32,000 nt of DNA, from positions 1,740,001 to 1,772,000 of the forward strand of contig NC_015067.1 of NCBI RefSeq assembly GCF_000196555.1, given 5' to 3'. This DNA is from Bifidobacterium longum subsp. longum JCM 1217 (GTDB lineage: Bacteria > Actinomycetota > Actinomycetes > Actinomycetales > Bifidobacteriaceae). This document shows, one piece after another, positions 25,141 to 32,000 of this stretch; the first letter of the stretch is position 1, and every line of letters starts with the position of its first letter. The translations under genes and the position numbers were made by a program. The notes under the pieces were generated by a model. That model ran no database searches. It saw only the letters and a program-made list of their open reading frames with translations, and was not told where the DNA came from.

Positions 25141-25560
25141 TCTCCTGTTAGTACTGTGCACTGGTCCTACAGGAGCGTCATTGATGGCGATTGCCGGGCG
25201 CCGACGTGTGCCGGCTGGGTTCACGAATGTCACGTACCGAACCGTGGGGCCGATCGCGTCAATCGCCTCGCAGCCGGAACTGACTGTGTTCCGCCCGGAA
25301 CAGCCCTGTCTGCCGTTCCTGCCTACGAGGACGATGACGGGCGCTGGTATGCGCTCCGCACCGCGGTACCACCTCGCTTATCGCACCGGTTGCGCCGCTC
25401 CGAACTGTTGCACTCGGAGCCGCGAGCCTGCGCGACCGCTTGTGTTCGGCTGTCTCGGGCCGATCCCGTCGGTTCTACTGGGCGATTGCCGCCGTTCTTC
25501 CGAAGACTCCCCGCTGATAACGGATCACTGCCTCACAACGGTGCATATCGTAACACGCCA
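25141..25560 (-). promoter_or_regulatory. ileS leader with a T-box riboswitch core and an SD-sequestering hairpin
   Basis: The minus strand 25377->25361 reads GCGAGGUGGUACCGCGG, matching the conserved T-box sequence. A hairpin CUCCUGU (25175->25169) / ACAGGAG (25148->25142) covers the ileS SD. I could not assign Stem I or the specifier loop by eye. Confidence 0.55.
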
Positions 25561-25727
25561 CGCGGTCAAATCGATGGGAATGTTCATCAGGAATGTTCAT
25601 TCTTTCTCATTTTTGTATTCATCGCGTGCACCATTGTCAGCAAACACGCTAGGCTCCTTTACCGGCGATATTGCACATCTGGCTCAGGGGCGGCTCCCGT
25701 ATGGGCCGGAGAAAGGATTATTGAGGA

Positions 25728-26939
25728 ATGACGTACGATTTCACGTCGATTATGGACAGGCATGGCAAGGATGCGATTGCGGTCGATGGGTTGGGAACCG
25801 ACCTAGGTTTCGCTCCCGACCCACCGAGGGACGGATTTGACGTGATTCCGATGTGGGTGGCGGACATGAATTTCCCGACCGTGCCCACGGTTCCGCAGGC
25901 CATTATCGAACGCGCGCAACACCCCGTCTACGGGTACTTCTCCCCCACCGACGACTATTACAACTCCATTATCGACTGGCAATCCACGCGCAATGGGGTT
26001 ACCGGATTGACCAGCGAGGCGATCGGCTATGAGAACGGGGTCTTGGGCGGCGTGATCAGTACGCTGACCGCGTTCGCCGCTCCTGGCGACAGCGTGCTCC
26101 TGCACAGCCCGACCTACATCGGGTTCACCATGTGCATCGAGAACAACGGCTATCGCATCGTCCACAGCCCGCTCAAGTTGGACGAGCACGGCGTATGGCG
26201 CATGGATTACGAGGATATGGATAAGAAGCTCAAGGAGCATCACATCCATGTGGCCGTGTTCTGCAGCCCTCACAATCCTTGCGGGCGCGTGTGGGAGCGT
26301 TGGGAAATCGAGAAGGCCATGGAAGTGTACAAGGCCAACGATTGCGTGGTCATTTCCGACGAGATTTGGTCCGATTTGACTCTGGGGAATCACCAGCACA
26401 TCCCCACCCAGTCGGTCAGCGAGGACGCACGCAATAGAACCGCGGCGTTCTACGCGCCCAGCAAGACCTTCAACCTCGCCGGGCTCGTGGGCAGCTACCA
26501 CATTATCTATAACCCCATGCTGCGCGACCGGATCGTGGCCAAGGGCTCGAAGTCCCACTATAACGAGATGAACGTGCTTTCCATGCATGCGCTTATCGGT
26601 GCCTACAAGCCTGAGGGGCATGAGTGGCTCGACGAACTCAAAGAGGTGCTCACCGGCAATGTCGACTACGCCTATGACTACATCACCAAGCATTTCCAAG
26701 GGGTGAGTTTGGCCAAGCCGGAGGGCACCTACATGCTGCTGCTCGACTGCGAGCAGTGGTGTAAGGCTCATGGTTTGACTTTGGCGGAATTGGAGAAGCG
26801 CGGCTGGGATGTGGGCGTCGATTGGCAGGACGGCAGCATGTTCCAGGCTCCCTACAGCATCCGTGTCAACCTTGCGTTGCCCTTAAGCCGCATCAAGGAG
26901 GCCATGCGCCGCCTTGACCAATACGTATTCAACGCGTAA
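25728..26939 (+). CDS. PLP-dependent aminotransferase class I/II, MalY/PatB-type C-S lyase (cystathionine beta-lyase-like)
   Basis: 403 aa with FCSPHNPCGRVW and the PLP-lysine block YAPSKTFNLAGL. The N-terminus (DFTSIMDRHGKDAIAVD) is typical of the PatB/MalY family. Confidence 0.75.
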   Translation: MTYDFTSIMDRHGKDAIAVDGLGTDLGFAPDPPRDGFDVIPMWVADMNFPTVPTVPQAIIERAQHPVYGYFSPTDDYYNSIIDWQSTRNGVTGLTSEAIGYENGVLGGVISTLTAFAAPGDSVLLHSPTYIGFTMCIENNGYRIVHSPLKLDEHGVWRMDYEDMDKKLKEHHIHVAVFCSPHNPCGRVWERWEIEKAMEVYKANDCVVISDEIWSDLTLGNHQHIPTQSVSEDARNRTAAFYAPSKTFNLAGLVGSYHIIYNPMLRDRIVAKGSKSHYNEMNVLSMHALIGAYKPEGHEWLDELKEVLTGNVDYAYDYITKHFQGVSLAKPEGTYMLLLDCEQWCKAHGLTLAELEKRGWDVGVDWQDGSMFQAPYSIRVNLALPLSRIKEAMRRLDQYVFNA

Positions 26940-26973
26940 ACGGCATGCATCCGCGATTGCGGTGTCCTGGAAA

Positions 26974-27018
26974 GACGAATGCCGCCAACGAGGTTTGTGC
27001 CCGTTGGCGGCATTCGTC
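26974..27018. terminator. perfect 17-bp-stem hairpin between the convergent aminotransferase and lacS genes
   Basis: GACGAATGCCGCCAACG (26974-26990), an 11-nt loop, then CGTTGGCGGCATTCGTC (27002-27018). There is no clear U-tract on either side. Confidence 0.55.
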
Positions 27019-27049
27019 ATAGAGAAGCCGAGCCAATCTACCTTCACAA

Positions 27050-28564
27050 CTAATCGTCGAGGCTGTCCACACCGAGCTTCTCTTCCAGCTCGATGACAAT
27101 GCGCTCGTGCATCTTTTCGTCGATCTTCACCGTGAACATGAAGACGAGAAGACTCAGCACGATGAAGGCAAGCGGGATGTAGAACGCGAAGGTCTCGAAG
27201 GTGCGCACGTTGGCGGCGGTCATGTCGGCGGCGGTGGCGGAGCCGACCATACCGGCGGCCACGGCCACGAAGCCGACGATGCCGTTGGACAGCGCGCCCG
27301 CGATCTTGTCGAGCATCGGACGCACGGAGAGGGTTACGGCCTCGTTGCGCTTGCCGGTCTTGAGCTGGCCGTATTCGATGGAATCGGTCAGGGAGAGGAT
27401 CGCGGTCATCTGGATGAACGTGCCAGGCAGGTAGAACAGAATCAACGCCACGATCACCACGGGCAGGCTGGCCGAATCGAGAATGAACAGCACATAGCCG
27501 ATTGCCATAAGTACCATGCCGCCGCAGAACAGGTATCGGCGCGGTATGCGGCGGTTCAGGGCCGGGTAGAGCGGCGCCATGACCAAGCCCGCGATCACGG
27601 GGATCACGCCGGTGATGGCGAAGGCATCCGGCAGGTTAAGCACGAACTTGAACAGATAGAACATCACGCCGTTGGTGGCCACATTCGCCACTGCATACAG
27701 CAGGTAGCTCAACGCCACCCACAGCAGCTGGTCATTTTTTACGATAGCGGCGAACGCCTGCAGCGGGTTGCCGCTCTGATCTGCCCTGGAACGTAGGACG
27801 CTTTCGTTTTCCTTGGTGCCGAACGCCACGGTCCATGCGGTCAGGATGCCGAGCAATGCGGTGATGATGCCGAATGCCGTCCAGCCCGACTGACTTTCGG
27901 CGCGAGAACCAGTGAACATGAAACTGAAAGTGGTCACGATCGGTACCACGACAATGGTGCTGCCGTTATAGCCAATCGAACCGGTGAACGTACCGAGCGC
28001 AGTATATACGCTGCGTTCGTGCGAGTCGGAGGAGATGGCGGGAATCATGCCCCAGTAGGAGATGTCACGCATCGAATAGAACACGTCGAGGACGATGAAC
28101 ACCACGACGAACAGCACGATGAACCAAGTCTGGTTCACGTTGACCAGCCCGAACAGACCGGTGTAGACCATGACGAGCAGCACGGCGGAGACCAAGCCGC
28201 CGATGAACTGCCACGGGCGGAACCGGCCGAAGCGGGTGTTGGTGTTGTCCACCAAGTTACCCAGTAACGGGTCAAGGAAGATCTCTGCGATACGGATTAT
28301 CACGATAAGGCTTGTGATCAGTGCGATGAGTTTGGTGGCCAAGGCTTTCTCGACATTGACGAACAGCACGCTGGTCACGTAAACGACGAAATAGGTGCTC
28401 AGCGCGTTATAGAACGCCGACTGGCCTAGATTACCGAAAGCATAGGCGGCACGGCGCCTCAGAGTCTCTGCTTTGGTAGGACGATTTATCTGGCCGGATT
28501 CATCTCCGGCCGGATTCGGTGATTGGGATTCGCTCTCCGGTGACTGCGAAACGGACATTGACAT
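27050..28564 (-). CDS. lacS: glycoside-pentoside-hexuronide (GPH):cation symporter, LacS-like galactoside/lactose permease without a IIA domain
   Basis: 504-aa polytopic ORF with the GPH signature (GNLVDNTNTRFGRFRPWQFIG) and N-terminal AYAFGNLGQSAFYNALSTYF. It is divergent from a GH2 beta-galactosidase. AAGGAG precedes the ATG at 28564. Confidence 0.75.
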   Translation of the reverse strand: MSMSVSQSPESESQSPNPAGDESGQINRPTKAETLRRRAAYAFGNLGQSAFYNALSTYFVVYVTSVLFVNVEKALATKLIALITSLIVIIRIAEIFLDPLLGNLVDNTNTRFGRFRPWQFIGGLVSAVLLVMVYTGLFGLVNVNQTWFIVLFVVVFIVLDVFYSMRDISYWGMIPAISSDSHERSVYTALGTFTGSIGYNGSTIVVVPIVTTFSFMFTGSRAESQSGWTAFGIITALLGILTAWTVAFGTKENESVLRSRADQSGNPLQAFAAIVKNDQLLWVALSYLLYAVANVATNGVMFYLFKFVLNLPDAFAITGVIPVIAGLVMAPLYPALNRRIPRRYLFCGGMVLMAIGYVLFILDSASLPVVIVALILFYLPGTFIQMTAILSLTDSIEYGQLKTGKRNEAVTLSVRPMLDKIAGALSNGIVGFVAVAAGMVGSATAADMTAANVRTFETFAFYIPLAFIVLSLLVFMFTVKIDEKMHERIVIELEEKLGVDSLDD

Positions 28565-28883
28565 TTTCTCCTTAGAGTCATTCTCGGTGAGGTCTTCTCC
28601 GACCTCGTTGGAGAGTGTACATCATTACCAAGATTTAATAAATCTTTTCACTAATTATTGTCAATAGAACCAATCTCAAAACCAACGTCGCAGCACTCGC
28701 AAAAATCGCATAATTCCAACGAATACACACCTCTATCACCATATGAATTATCGACAGCGCGACACACCGCCACAGAAAATACCTCCAGCAACTTGCAATC
28801 TGCACCATCAGGTTTTACCATAATCAGTAAAGAGTTTTACCCTCTGAATCGACAACGTGGTTATCAACTCAAGGAAAGCGGTT

Positions 28884-31800
28884 ATGCAGCATCCCATCCC
28901 CACCACCATCGCATCATCTGATTGGCTCACCGATCCGACCGTATTCGCCGTCAACCGCGAACCAGCCCATTCCGACCATCGCTTCTACGATCACGTACCG
29001 CAGCCGAACGAAACGATGAGCCTCAAGCAAAACCTTGACGGCTTGTGGAATGTCGCCGTGACGACCGCCCCGGTTTTCGGCTTCCCCATGAACGATTCCG
29101 GCAACGCTGAATCTCCGGATTTCACCGCAACCGATTATGACGACACCGGTTTCAGCCGCATCGCCGTTCCCTCAACACTGGAAACCAAGGGCTTGCTGAA
29201 CCATAAGTACGTCAACGTGCAGTACCCCTGGGATGGCCACAGCGACCCCAAGGCTCCCAACATCCCCACTGATAGTCACGTAGCCATTTACCGCCGCACT
29301 TTCGAGACAAGCACCCCCGTCTCCGCCGCCATCGAAAACAAGCGCCGCATCACGCTGACCTTCCACGGCGCCTCCACCGCCATCTACGTCTGGCTCAACG
29401 GCTCCTTCGTCGGCTACGCCGAGGACTCCTACACACCCAGCGAATTCGACGTCACCGAGGCACTGATTTCCGGAACCAATACACTGGCCGTGGCCTGCTA
29501 TGAATACGCCACCGCAAGTTGGCTGGAAGATCAGGACTTTTGGCGCATGCACGGTCTGTTCCGCTCCGTTGAACTCACCGCGCAACCCACTGTGCACATC
29601 GAAGACCTGCACATCACCGCCGATTTCGAGGCGACCACCCATGCCGGCACCATCGACGCCCATGCCGTGATCCGCAACATCGCCGGCGCCAAGCAGCTCA
29701 GCGCCGCACTCATGGATGCCAACGGCACGCCGGTCTGGCAGGATTCCTATGCCATGTCCGACATCGTCGACACCTCCGGCGTACCCTGCTGCGGCACCGC
29801 AGACACCGCGATCGACAGCACCGCCGTGCAATTCCGCGCGAATCTGTCCAACATTCGTCCATGGAGCGCCGAAAAGCCCCACTTGTACACGCTGACGCTT
29901 ACCGTGCGCGCAGCAGACAACAGCATCATCGAAGTGGTGCCGCAACGTCTCGGCTTCCGCCATTTCGAAATCGTTGACGGCATTATGCGGCTCAACGGCA
30001 AGCGCATCATCTTCCGCGGCGCCAACCGCCACGAGTTCGACGCGCGTTTGGGCCGTGCCATCACCGAGCAGGAGATGCTCACCGACATCATCACCTGCAA
30101 GCGCAACAATATCAACGCTATTCGCACCTCCCACTACCCGAATCAGACGAGATTCTACGAACTGTGCGATGAATACGGCCTGTACCTGATCGACGAGACG
30201 AACCTTGAGACCCACGGCAGCTGGACCATTCCCGGTGATGTGGAGACCCCTGAAACCGCCATTCCGGGCAGCAATCCCATCTGGGAAGGCCCTTGCGTGG
30301 ACCGTATCGCCAGCATGATCGGGCGCGACCGCAATCATCCGAGCGTACTGATCTGGTCTCTGGGTAACGAATCGTACGCAGGCGAGGTGTTCCGCGCGAT
30401 GTACCGCTTCGCTCACGCGGCCGACTCCACGCGACCCGTGCATTACGAAGGCGTGGTGCATGACCGCCCCTTTGACGACGTGACCGACATCGAGACCCGC
30501 ATGTATGCCAAGCCCGCGGAAATCGAGGAATATCTGACCAATGATCCGAAGAAGCCCTATATCTCCTGCGAATATATGCACGCCATGGGCAATTCGGTCG
30601 GCGGCATGCATCTGTACACCGAGCTGGAGCGTTATCCGCATTATCAGGGCGGCTTTATCTGGGACTTCATCGATCAGGCCCTGTGGCAGCAGCTGGACGA
30701 CGGCACCGAACGCCTGACCTACGGTGGCGACTGGGACGATCGTCCCTGCGACTATGAGTTCGCCGGCGACGGCCTAGTCTTCGCCGACCACTCTCCCTCA
30801 CCGAAGCTGCAAGAGGTCAAGCGTCTGTACGCTCCCGTGGTACTGACCGTAAGCGACCACGATGTGACCATCGAAAACCGCAATCTGTTCGTCTCCACCA
30901 TTGATTTCGCGTTCACGGCGAAACTGCTGGCGGACGGCAATGCCATCTGGCAGGCCGACTACCGCTTTGATGTGCCCGCCGGCGAGACCCGCACCTTCCC
31001 GATTGACTTCCCGTCGGTGGACGCCGCTGGCGAAATCACCTATGAGGTCGATCAGTCGCTGGCAACGGCAACACCGTGGGCACCAGCCGGCTATGAACTG
31101 GCGTTCGGCCAACACACCGTTCAGTCAGTCGTGCCGGCTTCCGCCGGAACCGATTCGACCGCGTGCGGCGCGGTTCCCTCCACGGCTGATTCCGATACTT
31201 CCGATACCGGTACAGTAACGGTTGGCCGCTGGAACATCGGCGTGGTCAGCGGTGACGGACGTACCGAAGCGTTGCTTTCACGCACGCAGGGCGGCATGGT
31301 GTCATTCAAGCGTGACGGTCGCGAAATGGTGTTGCGCCGTCCGGCGATCACCTGCTTCCGCCCGCTGACCGACAATGATCGCGGCAATGGCAGCGGCTTC
31401 GACCGCGTGCGCTGGTTCGGTGCCGGCCGTTATGCACGTATAGCGAATCAGCAGTTCTCGCAAACCGAGACTGGTGTCATCGCCGAATACACATATACGT
31501 TGGCCGAGCCGGGCGAAACCCAAGTTGCCGTGCGCTATGAGGTGGATGCCGCCAGCGGACGTGTACATCTGGCCGCCCGATATGCCGGTGCCACCGATGC
31601 GCCGACGCTGCCGGCATTCGGATTGGAATGGACACTTCCCAAGCAGTACGAGAACCTGCGCTTCTACGGCCTTGGCCCCGAGGAGACCTATCGCGACCGT
31701 CTGCACGGTGGCAAGCTCGGCATTTTCGAGCGCACCGCGGCCGAAGACAATGCACCGTATCTGGTGCCGCAGGAGACCGGCAACCATGAAGACTTGCGTT

Positions 31801-32000
31801 GGGCCGAAGTGCTTGACGCCCAAGGACACGGCATGCGTATCAGCCAGGCCGGCAGCGAACATTTCGCGGCGAGCCTGTTGCCGTACAGCTCGCTCATGCT
31901 GGAAGAGGCGACCCACCAGAACGAGTTGCCGCCGGTCCGTCACACGTTCCTGCGCCTGTTGGCCGCGCAAATGGGCGTGGGCGGAGACGATTCATGGGGC
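28884..32000 (+). CDS. lacZ: beta-galactosidase, GH2 (LacZ); the C-terminal end runs off the right edge
   Basis: ATG 28884 follows AAGGAAAG. The frame is open for 1039 codons to the window end, and it is absent from the track because it has no stop. It contains WLEDQDFWRMHGLFRSVEL, NAIRTSHYPN, NHPSVLIWSLGNES (acid/base Glu) and YISCEYMHAMGNS (nucleophile Glu), and ends QMGVGGDDSWG. Confidence 0.93.
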   Translation, partial: MQHPIPTTIASSDWLTDPTVFAVNREPAHSDHRFYDHVPQPNETMSLKQNLDGLWNVAVTTAPVFGFPMNDSGNAESPDFTATDYDDTGFSRIAVPSTLETKGLLNHKYVNVQYPWDGHSDPKAPNIPTDSHVAIYRRTFETSTPVSAAIENKRRITLTFHGASTAIYVWLNGSFVGYAEDSYTPSEFDVTEALISGTNTLAVACYEYATASWLEDQDFWRMHGLFRSVELTAQPTVHIEDLHITADFEATTHAGTIDAHAVIRNIAGAKQLSAALMDANGTPVWQDSYAMSDIVDTSGVPCCGTADTAIDSTAVQFRANLSNIRPWSAEKPHLYTLTLTVRAADNSIIEVVPQRLGFRHFEIVDGIMRLNGKRIIFRGANRHEFDARLGRAITEQEMLTDIITCKRNNINAIRTSHYPNQTRFYELCDEYGLYLIDETNLETHGSWTIPGDVETPETAIPGSNPIWEGPCVDRIASMIGRDRNHPSVLIWSLGNESYAGEVFRAMYRFAHAADSTRPVHYEGVVHDRPFDDVTDIETRMYAKPAEIEEYLTNDPKKPYISCEYMHAMGNSVGGMHLYTELERYPHYQGGFIWDFIDQALWQQLDDGTERLTYGGDWDDRPCDYEFAGDGLVFADHSPSPKLQEVKRLYAPVVLTVSDHDVTIENRNLFVSTIDFAFTAKLLADGNAIWQADYRFDVPAGETRTFPIDFPSVDAAGEITYEVDQSLATATPWAPAGYELAFGQHTVQSVVPASAGTDSTACGAVPSTADSDTSDTGTVTVGRWNIGVVSGDGRTEALLSRTQGGMVSFKRDGREMVLRRPAITCFRPLTDNDRGNGSGFDRVRWFGAGRYARIANQQFSQTETGVIAEYTYTLAEPGETQVAVRYEVDAASGRVHLAARYAGATDAPTLPAFGLEWTLPKQYENLRFYGLGPEETYRDRLHGGKLGIFERTAAEDNAPYLVPQETGNHEDLRWAEVLDAQGHGMRISQAGSEHFAASLLPYSSLMLEEATHQNELPPVRHTFLRLLAAQMGVGGDDSWG

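Noticed and set aside
25233-25233. GTG 25233 as the ileS start (the track ORF start)
   Set aside because: It has no SD, and the extra 33 residues have no counterpart in IleRS N-termini. GTG 25134 has AGGAG at the proper spacing and aligns with the conserved N-terminus.
21715-25731. 1338-aa plus-strand ORF, the longest in the track
   Set aside because: It lies entirely antisense to ileS and its leader. The translation is low-complexity G/V/A/R/H/D-rich with no recognisable motif. This is typical of stop-poor antisense frames in high-GC DNA, and ileS on the other strand has HIGH and KMSKS motifs.
28658-28921. 87-aa ORF in the lacS-lacZ spacer
   Set aside because: It has no SD, overlaps the lacZ start in another frame, and is low-complexity S/T/H-rich. 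It is most likely non-coding promoter DNA.
25803-30641. Minus-strand ORFs 25803-26771 (322 aa) and 29172-30641 (489 aa), and plus-strand ORF 27107-27796 (229 aa)
   Set aside because: They are antisense to the aminotransferase, lacZ and lacS. The sequence is low-complexity H/G/D/V-rich with no motifs.
1-32000. Scan for CRISPR arrays, rRNA, tRNA, IS or transposase genes, and prophage genes
   Set aside because: I noticed no regularly spaced direct repeats, no tRNA-like or rRNA-like segments, and no transposase-like ORFs. The only recombinase is the hsdS-associated tyrosine recombinase.

Overview
This is a high-GC actinobacterial chromosome segment. The proteins and gene order look Bifidobacterium-like, but I cannot assign a species by eye. 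Both flanks carry ordinary housekeeping genes. The left flank holds dop and a frameshifted arc (pupylation genes), a DedA membrane protein, serB, priA, a HAD hydrolase, fmt, ilvD, rpoZ and metK. The right flank holds ileS with a T-box-like leader, a PatB/MalY-type aminotransferase, and a divergent lacS / lacZ pair; lacZ runs off the right edge. The accessory part is a roughly 8.3 kb Type I restriction-modification island (about 13.2-21.7 kb) between metK and ileS. It has hsdR-hsdM-hsdS(5' half) on the minus strand. A plus-strand tyrosine recombinase and a full-length hsdS converge on that operon, and a start-less hsdS half cassette lies further left. Short inverted repeats and a 62-bp direct repeat sit exactly at the conserved-region/TRD junctions. 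Hand-simulated inversion rebuilds a full-length hsdM-linked hsdS, so this looks like a recombinase-driven specificity shufflon with two TRD1 and two TRD2 modules. In the orientation sequenced here the hsdM-linked hsdS is only a half gene. Other points worth a second look are a -1 frameshift in arc at a 7-nt homopolymer, a PriA lacking Walker A and DExH motifs, an unusually long ileS leader, and several long perfect hairpins. I saw no rRNA, tRNA, CRISPR array or IS element. Most long ORFs in the track that lie antisense to these genes are high-GC shadow frames.
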